Source: an uncultured Armatimonadetes bacterium
GTDB taxonomy: Bacteria > Armatimonadota > UBA5829 > DTJY01
Direction of reading: 5' to 3'
DNA: 64,000 bases
NCBI GenBank assembly: GCA_963717145.1
Contig: OY970325.1
Span: 3,648,001 to 3,712,000 of the forward strand
A program made the position numbers and the translations under genes. Below the pieces are notes generated by a model that ran no database searches, had not been told where the DNA came from, and worked only from the letters and a program-made list of their open reading frames with translations. Of this stretch, positions 28,269 to 37,871 are shown in pieces (position 1 is the first letter of the stretch; the number at the start of each line of letters is the position of its first letter).

Positions 28269-31228
28269 GCATACACAACGCTATCCTGATCGGAGGTCTG
28301 ATGCTTGCCGGAGTGCTTTCCTGCTGTGCGGCCGATGTGCCGCGTGGTGTGGCTTCGTGGCCGGACGGTCTGGGCGACCACCGGGCCGTGGTGCGCGTCG
28401 CGGAGAAGTCGGATGCCGTGCTTGCGCGCATACCCTGGCGGCTCAAGCTAGGGCTCGCCGTGAAGGGCATCATCGTCACCGATGCCGCCGGGACTCGCCT
28501 GCGGAACATGTATTGGGCACGAACAAGCCCGGATTCAGGCGAAGTCGTCTTCCAGGCCGATCAGGCCGGCGACTACTGCATCTACTACATGCCGTTCTCC
28601 AGCAACCCTGTGCCCTGGGACTACTCGGTGACCTACGCACCCGACTCCAACCGCGCCGATCCCGCCTGGCTCCAGCGCCACAACCTCAACGACAGCGTCC
28701 CCCACCCCGAGGCCTGGGAGAGCCTGCCGCTCGCGGAGGTCATCGAGATCCAGGCGCGCGGCGAGTTCGACCGTTTCGATCCCATGGAGGTGACCTCCAC
28801 CTGGAACGAGATGACGGCGCTCATCCCGGAGCACCGAGGCCCGTACTGGGTCTTTCCGGAGGACCGCGAGCATCCGATCCGCATGACTCGCGACCTTCCG
28901 CGCCGATGGACTCAGGCCGGTCCGAAGGACGAGTTCCAGGGCGAGACATGCCGCGGGGAGTTCTACGTGTTCCAACTCGGCATCTATCCCGGGGGCGGGA
29001 AACTAGAAAACCTGGATGTCGCATTCACCAGTCTGCGCTCGGAGGACGGGAAGGTGATCCCCTCCTCGGCGCTGAGATGCTTCAACCTCGGCGGCACGGA
29101 CTGGCTCGGGCGGACGATGAAGAATGCTCCGAACCTGGACCTCAACGTCATTGCTCTCTGGTTCGGCGTCCAGGTCCCGAAGGAGACATCCCCTGGGCGC
29201 TATGCCGGCTGGATCACCCTGAAACCGACGAACGCAAGGGAGTCGAACATCCATCTCGTGCTGGACGTCAACGATAAGGTGCTGGACGATGCCGGGGACA
29301 GCGATCTTTGGCGGCTCTCGCGGCTGAGATGGCTCGACTCGACCATCGGGCTCGATGACGAGGTCACTGCTCCCTACACGCCGATGAAGGTACACGGCCG
29401 CACGGTGAGCTGTCTCGGTCGGGAGGTCAAGCTCGCGGATATCGGACTTCCCGCGAGCATCAAGAGCGGCGGACGGGAGATACTCGCGCGTCCGATGACC
29501 TTCGTGGTGGAGTCGGACACGGGAGTCGTGAAGTTCAAGGGCGGCAAGCCGAAGCCGTCCAACGCCGGGCCGGGCGGCGTGACCTGGGAGGCCGAGAGTA
29601 CCGGCGGCGACCTGACGCTCCTCTGCCGTGCCAGGATGGAGTTCGACGGCTACACCGACTTCCGGGTCTCAGTGAAGTCTCAGGGTTGGATCAACGCGAA
29701 GGACATCCGGCTCGAGATCCCCATCAAGCGCGAGGTGGCGACGTACATGATGGGCCTCGGTCGCAAGGGCGGGTTCCGCCCGGAGAAGTGGAAGTGGGCC
29801 TGGGATATCGACCGCGCAACAACACGGTCTGGATCGGCGACGTCGATGCCGGCCTGCAGTGCAAGCTCAAGGGCCCGGAGGACACCTGGGACATCTACAA
29901 CCTTCGTTCCGCCGGAATCCCCGAGTCGTGGGGCAACGACGGCAAGGGCGGCTGCAACGTCACCGAGGACGGAGACGCCGTGGTCGTGCGCGCGTACATC
30001 GGGGAAGCGCACCCTGCAGTTGTGGCGAGCGGATCGAGTTCCGCTTCGGCCTGCTGATCACGCCCGTCAAGCCGCTCGACCCGGCGCACTGGGACCAGCG
30101 CTACTACCACGCCTACGTTCCGCCGGAGACCGCAGTCGCCTCCGGCGCGAACATCATCAACATCCACCACGGCAACGAACTCAACCCCTACATCAACTAT
30201 CCGTTCCTGACGACGGACAAGCTCTCGGCCTACGTGAAGGACGCCCACGACAAGGGAGTCAAGGTCAAGATCTACTACACCGTGCGCGAGCTGAGCACCA
30301 GCCTCGCCGAGATGTGGGCGCTGCGAAGTCTGGGATACGAGGTGTTCACCGACGGCCCCGGCGGCGGGAGTTCGTGGCTGCGCGAGCACCTCGTCGACCA
30401 CTACGCCCCGGCCTGGCACCACGCCTTTCCCGACGGCTCGGTCGACGCCGCCATCGCCACCACGGGCCTCTCGCGCTGGCACAACTACTACCTCGAAGGG
30501 CTCGGCTGGCTGCGTCAGAGAACGTCGGGATCGACGGCCTGTATCTCGACGGCATCGGCTACGACCGCGAGATCATGAAGCGGGTCCGCAAGGTGATGGA
30601 CCGCGCGCGGCCCGGCTGCCTGATCGACTTCCACTCGGGCAACGAGTTCCCGTTCAACGACCTGCGGATCAGCCCGGCGAACAAGTACATGGAGCACTTC
30701 CCGTACATCAACAGCCTGTGGTTCGGCGAGGGCTATGACTACAACAACGAGTCGCCCGACTACTGGCTGGTGGAGGTCTCCGGCATTCCGTTCGGGCTCT
30801 ACGGCGAGATGCTCCAGGACAACGGCAACCCCTGGCGCGGGATGGTCTACGGCATGACGGCGCGTTACTACTGCGGCGCGGACCCGAAGCACATCTGGAA
30901 GCTCTGGGACGACTTCGGCATCAAGGACGCGAAGATGATCGGCTACTGGTCGCCGAAGTGCCCGGTGACGACCGACAACAAGGACGTCCTCGCGACGGTC
31001 TACCGCAAGAAAGGCAAGACGCTGATCTCGCTGGCGAGTTGGGCGAAGGAGCCGGCGCGTGTCCGGCTCGCGATCGACTGGAAGGCGCTGGGAATCGATC
31101 CCACGAAGGCGCGGCTCACCGCACCGGCGATCCCCGGCTTCCAGGACGCGGCATCGTTCGGGCCCTCCGATGAGATCCCCGTCCAGCCGGGCCGTGGATG
31201 GCTCCTCATACTGGACAGCCCGCCGTAG
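28265..31228 (+). CDS. DUF6067/GH123-like secreted glycoside hydrolase; three compensating frameshifts between about 29817 and 30515
   Basis: LSRLRWLDS and GIDGLYLD in the main frame; NTVWIGDVDAG and NIHHGNELNPYINYPF/KIYYTVREL in the other two frames. Confidence 0.8.
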   Translation: MSIHNAILIGGLMLAGVLSCCAADVPRGVASWPDGLGDHRAVVRVAEKSDAVLARIPWRLKLGLAVKGIIVTDAAGTRLRNMYWARTSPDSGEVVFQADQAGDYCIYYMPFSSNPVPWDYSVTYAPDSNRADPAWLQRHNLNDSVPHPEAWESLPLAEVIEIQARGEFDRFDPMEVTSTWNEMTALIPEHRGPYWVFPEDREHPIRMTRDLPRRWTQAGPKDEFQGETCRGEFYVFQLGIYPGGGKLENLDVAFTSLRSEDGKVIPSSALRCFNLGGTDWLGRTMKNAPNLDLNVIALWFGVQVPKETSPGRYAGWITLKPTNARESNIHLVLDVNDKVLDDAGDSDLWRLSRLRWLDSTIGLDDEVTAPYTPMKVHGRTVSCLGREVKLADIGLPASIKSGGREILARPMTFVVESDTGVVKFKGGKPKPSNAGPGGVTWEAESTGGDLTLLCRARMEFDGYTDFRVSVKSQGWINAKDIRLEIPIKREVATYMMGLGRKGGFRPEKWKWAWDIDRATTRSGSATSMPACSASSRARRTPGTSTTFVPPESPSRGATTARAAATSPRTETPWSCARTSGKRTLQLWRADRVPLRPADHARQAARPGALGPALLPRLRSAGDRSRLRREHHQHPPRQRTQPLHQLSVPDDGQALGLREGRPRQGSQGQDLLHRARAEHQPRRDVGAAKSGIRGVHRRPRRREFVAARAPRRPLRPGLAPRLSRRLGRRRHRHHGPLALAQLLPRRARLAASENVGIDGLYLDGIGYDREIMKRVRKVMDRARPGCLIDFHSGNEFPFNDLRISPANKYMEHFPYINSLWFGEGYDYNNESPDYWLVEVSGIPFGLYGEMLQDNGNPWRGMVYGMTARYYCGADPKHIWKLWDDFGIKDAKMIGYWSPKCPVTTDNKDVLATVYRKKGKTLISLASWAKEPARVRLAIDWKALGIDPTKARLTAPAIPGFQDAASFGPSDEIPVQPGRGWLLILDSPP

Positions 31229-31327
31229 CGCTCACGCCACCCGTTTGACCTCCCGGCGCTGTTCACCCTATACTATGAGAGAATCAGGCGGTCGAATGCG
31301 CCTGATGGAACTTGGAGTAAAGGTAGC

Positions 31328-32890
31328 ATGGCACAGAGGTTTTCGAGGGTCGCCGCCCTGGCGATCCTTTTTCTCACCGCGATTGTCCCGCAAGTAGCCC
31401 ACTCCGATCAGCCTGCGGAGTTCGCCAGAGGCATCGTCTTCAATGACATCAACCGAAATGGACTGCGCGATTCGGGCGAAGGTGGTCTGCCCGGCATAAG
31501 CGTCTCCAATGGCAGCCTGATCGTTCAGACAGGCCCGAACGGCGACTACCAGCTGCCGGTCGACGACGACACGACCATCTTCGTGACGAAGCCCAGGGGA
31601 TGGATGACCCCTGTGGATGCGAACAACCTCTCCAGGTTCTATTACGTCCACAAGCCGAAGGGCTCTCCGCCTCAGAAGTACAAAGGCGTCGCGCCCACCG
31701 GTCCGCTGCCCGACTCGATCGACTTCCCGCTCTATCGGCAGGACGAGCCTGACCGGTTCAACGTGGTTTTCCTCGGCGACACTCAGCCCTGGAGCAAGGA
31801 TATGGTCGCGTACCTGGGCCACGACATCGTCGAGGAACTCGTGGGAGTCGAAGCGGCATTCGGTGTGACGCTCGGTGACGTTGTCAGTAATACCCTCTCG
31901 CTCTTTGAGGACGTGGTCGCGGCGCAGGGACTTGCGGGCGTTCCCTGGCGATACGTCAAAGGCAACCACGATACGAACTTCGACGGGCAGCCCGATCACA
32001 ATCGCACCTACGAGACCTGGACACGCGTGTTCGGACCGCCGTACTACTCGTATGACTACGGTCCGGTGCATTTCATCATCCTGAACAACCAGTACTATGG
32101 GCAGAAAGGCCCGCTCGTCGCCAAGCTCGACTTCACGCAGAGATCATGGCTCCGTCGCGACCTCGCCCTGGTACCCAAAGATCAGCTCATTGTGCTCATG
32201 ATGCACATACCGATACATTGGATGGCCGACCGAGCGGATATCCTGGGCCTGCTCAGCGATCGCCCGAACACGTTTTCGCTCTCGGGACACACGCACACCC
32301 TGTACCACGTCTTCTGCGGCGAGACTTACGGCTGGAAGGGGCCGCAGCCTCACCATCACCTGGTGAACGGGGCCGCGTGTGGGGCATGGTGGGCCGGCGC
32401 GCCGGACGAGGTCGGACTCCCTCACGCCACCGGGGCCGATGGCACGCCCAACGGGTACTCGATCATCACCTTCGATGGGACGAAGTACTCCGTCCGCTAC
32501 AAAGCCGCTCGAAAGCCGGCCGACTATCAGATGAACGTCTACGCGCCGAACGAGGTCCCGTCGGCAGACGCGGGAAAGACCAAGGTGCTTGCGAATATCT
32601 TCCTGGGATCGGATCGCTCGAAGGTAGAGATGAGGCTCGGTGAGGGCCCGTGGGGCCCGATGACGAGAGTGTCCCAGCCCGATCCATTCGGTCTCCAGAC
32701 CAAGCAGTTGGAGGCCAAGATCACCAAGCCGATCCCCTGGAGAGGGGCGGCGACGCCCGGAAACAGCTACCACATCTGGGAGGCGCTTCTGCCGGAGAAC
32801 GCCCCGGTCGGCGCGCATCTGATCCAGATCCGCTCCACCGATATGTTCGGCCAGACCGACACCGGCCGGCGCATCATATACATCCGATAG
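31328..32890 (+). CDS. Secreted calcineurin-like metallophosphoesterase (N- and C-terminal accessory domains)
   Basis: GDTQ, LGDVV, GNHD, MHIP, SGHTH, GAWW, DGTPNGY. Confidence 0.9.
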   Translation: MAQRFSRVAALAILFLTAIVPQVAHSDQPAEFARGIVFNDINRNGLRDSGEGGLPGISVSNGSLIVQTGPNGDYQLPVDDDTTIFVTKPRGWMTPVDANNLSRFYYVHKPKGSPPQKYKGVAPTGPLPDSIDFPLYRQDEPDRFNVVFLGDTQPWSKDMVAYLGHDIVEELVGVEAAFGVTLGDVVSNTLSLFEDVVAAQGLAGVPWRYVKGNHDTNFDGQPDHNRTYETWTRVFGPPYYSYDYGPVHFIILNNQYYGQKGPLVAKLDFTQRSWLRRDLALVPKDQLIVLMMHIPIHWMADRADILGLLSDRPNTFSLSGHTHTLYHVFCGETYGWKGPQPHHHLVNGAACGAWWAGAPDEVGLPHATGADGTPNGYSIITFDGTKYSVRYKAARKPADYQMNVYAPNEVPSADAGKTKVLANIFLGSDRSKVEMRLGEGPWGPMTRVSQPDPFGLQTKQLEAKITKPIPWRGAATPGNSYHIWEALLPENAPVGAHLIQIRSTDMFGQTDTGRRIIYIR

Positions 32891-32903
32891 GTACATGCCG
32901 AAA

Positions 32904-32940
32904 GCTGTTCGGGCCGGAGTTCAACTCCGGCCCGAACAGC
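32904..32940. repeat. Perfect palindrome (18-bp arms) between convergent genes; core repeated at 48091-48115
   Basis: GCTGTTCGGGCCGGAGTT-C-AACTCCGGCCCGAACAGC. Confidence 0.85.
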
Positions 32941-32967
32941 ATTCTGCGGCGAGTTAAGCGTTACGGA

Positions 32968-33321
32968 TCAGTCTTCTCCACCGATCATCCCGAATATCTC
33001 GCCGAGCATCGATTTCTTCCGGGGCTTGCCCGTCCTGGAATCATACTCCTCTTTGCCGCGATGACCGTGATCGTCATGCTTGCGCTCGTCGCGATCCCTG
33101 TCGCGATCCCTGTCGTGCTCGTGACGATCTTCCTCACGGTGACCGCGCGGCTCCCGGCTCTCCTCGACGCGCGGTTCGGTAGCGTCTCCGGACGCGATCT
33201 CGATGATCTTGTCGAGTTCCCCCCGGTCGAGCCACACGCCCTTGCAGTCCGGGCAGATCTCGACCTCAATGTTGTGCTTGTTGACGGTTCTCAGTTGCGC
33301 ATCACAGACAGGGCAGTTCAT
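32968..33321 (-). CDS. zf-TFIIB domain protein
   Basis: CPVC...CPDCKGVWLDRGELDKII; charged low-complexity tail ending KKSMLGEIF. Confidence 0.9.
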   Translation of the reverse strand: MNCPVCDAQLRTVNKHNIEVEICPDCKGVWLDRGELDKIIEIASGDATEPRVEESREPRGHREEDRHEHDRDRDRDRDERKHDDHGHRGKEEYDSRTGKPRKKSMLGEIFGMIGGED

Positions 33322-33570
33322 GGTTCATGGTCCTCCTGATTCGGCTGATTTCGGAGAGTAACTCCGAGCCATTCCACATACTATACGTTCAGGCAACCCC
33401 TTTTCGTTCCACCGATATCGAATTACGGTGTTCCTAATCCGCTCACGGCACTGCTCATGGTCGGGGCAGTCCACAGACTCCTCTTCCGCACGCGGTAGTC
33501 CGTCCGGCGAATGGAACTGCACACAGCAGATCCGCTACCCTGGGTGACCGGAAGACCGGCTGACGGTCAT

Positions 33571-36141
33571 CTAGCGCACCGAAAGCAAAGCTTTGCCGCG
33601 ACGTGCTAAGACGAGTTTCGGCAGCTCAAACCAAGCCACACTCGCCAAGCCGACGCCCACGCAGACGATACCTTCGAGCGCGCTGAGTCTACTGAAGCGG
33701 AACACCTGACTCAGAGGTGGCACATAGAGCACCAGCGCGAGGAACACGAACGCGCCGCTGAGGACCCACAACAGGGCCTGATTCTTCGACCGCAGAGTGG
33801 CGATGATACTTCGAGACCACGAGGCATTGGTCAGTATGAGGGTAAGATTGGCCACTATCAGGGTGGCGAACGCCATGGCGCGAGATTCCTGTGTGCCTCA
33901 GTCCCGCATTCCGTCCCACGATGAATACTCCAAGGGACACGAGCAGGACGCTCAGTCCCTGAAGCAGACTCCAGACAACAGTCCGCCTGTCGAATATCGA
34001 TTCCTTTGGGTCTCGCGGGGGACGCTGCATGACGTTGGCCTCTCCCTCCTCCGCCTCGAACACGGTCGAGCAGGCCGGATCGATGATCAGCTCCATGAAC
34101 ACGATGTGTATCGGCATCAGGATCAGCGGCCAGCCCATCGCCACCGGGATCAGGGACAACCCGGCGATGGGAACATGCACGGCGAAGATATATGCCATCG
34201 CCTTTCTCAGATTGTCGAATATCCTGCGCCCCAGCCGGATCGCGGCGACTATGGATGAGAAGTCGTCATCGAGCAGGACCAGTCCGGAAGCCTCGCGGGC
34301 CACGTCGGTACCGCGTCCTCCCATCGCCACGCCGATATCCGAGGCCTTCAGCGCGGGCGCGTCGTTGACACCGTCACCGGTCATCGCGACGACCTCACCG
34401 TTCGCCTTGAGCGCCTGGACAAGCCGCAGCTTCTGTTCGGGACCACTCTGGCGAACACGTTGACGTCTGCGATGCGGCGGCGCAAGTCGGAATCGGTCAT
34501 CGCATTGAGCTCTTCACCGGTGATGATGCGCTCCGGAGACTTCAGACCGATCTGCGAGCGATGTTGCGCGCGGTGGCCGGATAGTCACCGGTGATCATGA
34601 CTACTCTGATGCCTGCCTCGTAGCACTCGGCGACCGCGCTCGGAACGGAGGGCACGGACCGGATCGACAAGCCCGACAAGCCCGAGGAACTCAAAGTCGA
34701 ACTCGTGCTGTTCGCCAGGCAGAGTATCGCCATTCGTGAAACTGTGCGCCTGCAACAGCGAGCACGCGCAGCCCGTTCTCCGCCATCGCTGTGATCTGCT
34801 CGGACAGAGCGGATTTCTGATCACTCGTCAAAGTGACAGAGATCGGCGATGGCCTCGGGCGCACCCTTCGCGGCTATGACGTAGTCACTTCCCGCGGTGG
34901 ATTTCCAGACGTGGGACATGGCCAGCAGTTCCTTCGACAGCGGATACTGCTGAACAAGTGCCCAGTCTCGGTGGATGTGTTCAGTCGCCGCCAGGTGTTC
35001 CTGTCCCAGCTTGTGAAATGCCTTCTCCATCGGGTCGAACGGGTCTCGCTGACTTGCCAGGATGCTGAACTCAAGGAGGGCGTGAAAGTCTTCAGGCAAC
35101 GGCTTACCATCGCCGTCGTTCAGGACAAGGTGTCTGTCGTGAGCATAGAGCTGTCCGACGCGACATTTGGTTCAGGGTCAGGGTTCCGGTCTTGTCGACG
35201 CACAGGACGGTTGCCGACCCCAGTATCTCGATGGCCGGCATGCGTCTGGCCAGCACCTGCTTCCGGGAGATTCTCCAAGCGCCCAGTGCCAGGAAGATGG
35301 TGAGTACGACCGGAAACTCCTCGGGCAGCATCGCCATAGCCAGAGCAACGCCGGCCAGAAAGCCGTGCAGCCAGTCACCTCTGGTGAGGCCGTATGCGAT
35401 GACGACTAAGGCGCTTAGCGAGCCACCAACAATCGCGAGGTTGCGCACCAGCTTGCTGGTCTGCTTCTGCAGCGCGGTCTTTTCTACCTCAATCGTCTGC
35501 AGAGACCGCCCGATCTTTCCGATCTCCGTGTTGATACCGGTCCTTCGGACCTCTATGAGCGCCTGTCCCTGCACAACCAGTGTGCCGGAGAATACGAACG
35601 GCTCGTCGTCCCCGCCAGGACGCTGGCTGTCAGCGCTGCCGTCCCATTCGCACTTTCGCACCGGCACGGACTCTCCGGTGAGCAGCGACTCATCGACAGA
35701 AAGGTTGGTTGACGAGAGCACGACTCCATCGGCCGGAACTCGATCTCCTTCAGCGATGATCACGGCATCGCCGCGCACGACCTCTCGGCCCGGAATGCGT
35801 TTCTCCTCGCCGCCGCGTATCACGCGTGCCCGTGGACTGGACAGGTTCCGCAGCGCCTGGAGAGCATTCTCCGTCTTGCGTTCCTGGTGAAGCGTGATGC
35901 CTATCACCACGAACACAAAGCCCAGCAGCAGGAGGGCTTCCTGCAGATCACCCAGAAGAAGATAGATCACGCCGCCAGCTACCAGCAGGAGGAACATCGG
36001 CTCGCGTATCACTTCGGCCGCAATCGCGAAGATGCTGCGCGGCTTGGCCGACGGCAGTTCATTCGGGCCGTCGGTCTTCAGTATCCGATCTGCTTCGTCC
36101 TGAGATAAGCCGGTAACGCCTCTTATGTCAAAACCACTCAT
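33571..36141 (-). pseudogene. Cation-translocating P-type ATPase (type II-like), broken by multiple frameshifts (pseudogene or assembly errors)
   Basis: LTGES, PEEFP, DKTGT, KGAPE, MITGD and TGDGVNDAPAL are spread over six or more ORF pieces in collinear order. Confidence 0.85.
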
Positions 36142-36144
36142 TCT

Positions 36145-36354
36145 CTACAATACCCTCCGCCAACTACGGTCTTGCGAACCAGGCACTGCGGTCACACGCG
36201 CTCGGTGACGCTCAAGCGCAAATCGGGCGATGTGCACCTCTGAGAAGGGTGCACATTGTCCCGTCAGCCTTTCGTTCGCCTTGAGCAACACCAGGATGGT
36301 GTTGGAGACCGCTGACGGCAGCGCCACGCCTGTTTTCCGCCTCTGTTGATCCAC
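36145..36354 (-). CDS. Possible small leader protein, unknown function
   Basis: GTG with GGGGG RBS between the riboswitch terminator and the ATPase; stop 3 nt before the ATPase ATG; no recognised motif. Confidence 0.35.
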   Translation of the reverse strand: MDQQRRKTGVALPSAVSNTILVLLKANERLTGQCAPFSEVHIARFALERHRARVTAVPGSQDRSWRRVL

Positions 36355-36374
36355 GTGCTACCCCCTATAACGTG

Positions 36375-36410
36375 AAAAGCCCCACGGGACTTTAGCAGTC
36401 CCGCAGGGCT
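36375..36410 (-). terminator. Intrinsic terminator, expression platform of the riboswitch
   Basis: AGCCCUGCGGGAC-UGCUAAA-GUCCCGUGGGGCU-UUU on the minus strand. Confidence 0.75.
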
Positions 36411-36486
36411 CAGATAATCCTGCTGCCCGAACCTAAGCATTCGGGCCCAGCCGCGCTCCACGATTCCCGGAGCCGCCTGTTCTAAG
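36396..36486 (-). ncRNA. NiCo (czcD) riboswitch-like aptamer
   Basis: Minus strand reads GAACAGGC-[GCUCC..GGAGC]-GCGGCUGGGC-[CCGAA..UUCGG]-GCAG-[CAGG..CCUG]-CGGGAC. This matches the NiCo four-way-junction pattern and lies upstream of a metal ATPase. Confidence 0.75.
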
Positions 36487-36489
36487 CGG

Positions 36490-36518
36490 AGTATACCCGA
36501 CACAGATCGGCTTGTCAA
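36490..36518 (-). promoter_or_regulatory. Sigma70 promoter TTGACA-N17-TATACT
   Basis: Near-consensus, immediately upstream of the aptamer. Confidence 0.85.
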
Positions 36519-36533
36519 GAGCGCGACGGGAGA

Positions 36534-36710
36534 TCACTCCGATTGGCTCTCATCGTCGCTGTCCGGAGTCCGGTGCTTCATGCGCTTGGCCACAGCGTCT
36601 CTGAGCAGGTACTCCATCTCGGCATTGACGCTCCTCAGATCCGCCGAAGCCAGGCGCTGGATGTCTTCCCAGAGATCGATGCTGATCCGCAGGGGGAAAG
36701 CTTTCTTCAC
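36534..36710 (-). CDS. Arc-family ribbon-helix-helix DNA-binding protein (58 aa, absent from the ORF track)
   Basis: Manual translation MKKAFPLRISIDLWEDIQRLASADLRSVNAEMEYLLRDAV...; GAGGT RBS; follows the SPFH gene. Confidence 0.85.
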   Translation of the reverse strand: MKKAFPLRISIDLWEDIQRLASADLRSVNAEMEYLLRDAVAKRMKHRTPDSDDESQSE

Positions 36711-36737
36711 TATGCTACCTCAACAACCGCCCACCCC

Positions 36738-36802
36738 GTAGTGGCCGTGCCTCCGTGCCGGCCAAAGCATGTTGGAGGCCGGCACGGAGGCACGGCCACT
36801 AC
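36738..36802. repeat. GTAG REP-like palindrome; near-identical arms at 62289-62351
   Basis: GTAGTGGCCGTGCCTCCGTGCCGGCC ... GGCCGGCACGGAGGCACGGCCACTAC. Confidence 0.9.
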
Positions 36803-36812
36803 AGGGATGCCC

Positions 36813-37658
36813 CTACTGGTAAAGCGTTCCGGCGTTGACGACGGGTTGAGCCGCATGCTCGCTGCACAGGACGACGAGCAGATTCGAGACCATCGCGGCC
36901 TTGCGCTCATCATCGAGAGGGAGCTTCTTGTACTCCTCCAGCCGGTCGAGCGCCATCTCCACCATGCCGACCGCGCCTTCGACGATCTTCTGACGCGCGG
37001 CGATGATCGCGGATGCCTGCTGCCTGCGGAGCATCGCGCCGGCGATCTCGGGCGCATAGGCCAGATGTGAGAGCCGCGCCTCCATGACCTCGACGCCCGC
37101 TCGTGCGAGCCGGTCCTGGAGTTCCGCCTGGAGGGCAGCGCTGACATCATCCGTGTTCTTTCGCAGAGACGCGTGCTCGTCCTCGGCGTCATAGGGATAG
37201 AGAGATGCCAGGTGCCGGACCGCCGTCTCGCTCTGCAGGTTGACGTACTGAATGTAGTTGTCAACCTCGAAGGACGCCTCGAAGGTATCCCGCACCCTCC
37301 ACACGACGATCGCCGCGATCTCGACCGGATTGCCGGCAAGATCGTTGACCTTCAGCTTCTCGCCGTTCAGCGACCTGATGCGCAGGGACACTTTGCGCTT
37401 GGAATAGAGCGGGTTGGTCCACTTGAACCCACTTTCCTTGATCGTGCCCCGATAGCTTCCGGCCAGGAGCATCACACTGCTTCCGTTCGGCTCGACAACC
37501 ACCCATCCGCTTGGGATGAGACTGACCGCGATTATCAGGATCACGCCGAGCACGATGCTCTCAACAGAAAGCGCCCAGATTGCCGCTCCCAGCAGAGCGA
37601 TGAACAGCACCAGCATCGGCCACCCGGACATCGGCTTGACTTCGACTTCATGCGACAT
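36813..37658 (-). CDS. SPFH (band 7) domain membrane protein
   Basis: LKVND..GNPVEIAAIVVW, HLAYAPEIAGAMLRRQQA; AAGGAGG RBS. Confidence 0.93.
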   Translation of the reverse strand: MSHEVEVKPMSGWPMLVLFIALLGAAIWALSVESIVLGVILIIAVSLIPSGWVVVEPNGSSVMLLAGSYRGTIKESGFKWTNPLYSKRKVSLRIRSLNGEKLKVNDLAGNPVEIAAIVVWRVRDTFEASFEVDNYIQYVNLQSETAVRHLASLYPYDAEDEHASLRKNTDDVSAALQAELQDRLARAGVEVMEARLSHLAYAPEIAGAMLRRQQASAIIAARQKIVEGAVGMVEMALDRLEEYKKLPLDDERKAAMVSNLLVVLCSEHAAQPVVNAGTLYQ

Positions 37659-37673
37659 GGCGCACAACCTCCT

Positions 37674-37723
37674 TGATATTAGGATGATATCGGCATGATA
37701 TCACTTTTCGTCGCACCTGTCAA
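37674..37723 (-). promoter_or_regulatory. Sigma70 promoter TTGACA-N17-TATCAT overlapped by three ATATCA direct repeats (putative Arc operator)
   Basis: Minus strand: TTGACAggtgcgacgaaaagtgaTATCATgccGATATCAtcctAATATCA. Confidence 0.7.
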
Positions 37724-37749
37724 CAACTTCTTGTGAAAGAATGCGGAAT

Positions 37750-37858
37750 GAACCGCCAAGTCGCCAGGATCGCCAAGGGGAACAGCAAAAGGGAGGGCAC
37801 ACAGGCCCTCCCCCACATATCCGTTTCTGCTTGGCGTCCTCTGCGTCTTGGCGGTTCA
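37750..37858. repeat. AACCGCCAAG...CTTGGCGGTT imperfect inverted repeat built of 9-mer units
   Basis: GAACCGCCAAGTCGCCAGGATCGCCAAG ... CTTGGCGTCCTCTGCGTCTTGGCGGTTC. Confidence 0.65.
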
Positions 37859-37871
37859 TTCCGCATTCGGG

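Noticed and set aside
33325-33570. Possible ncRNA or small ORF between the ATPase and the zf-TFIIB gene
   Set aside because: No recognisable RNA motif, RBS or protein signature.
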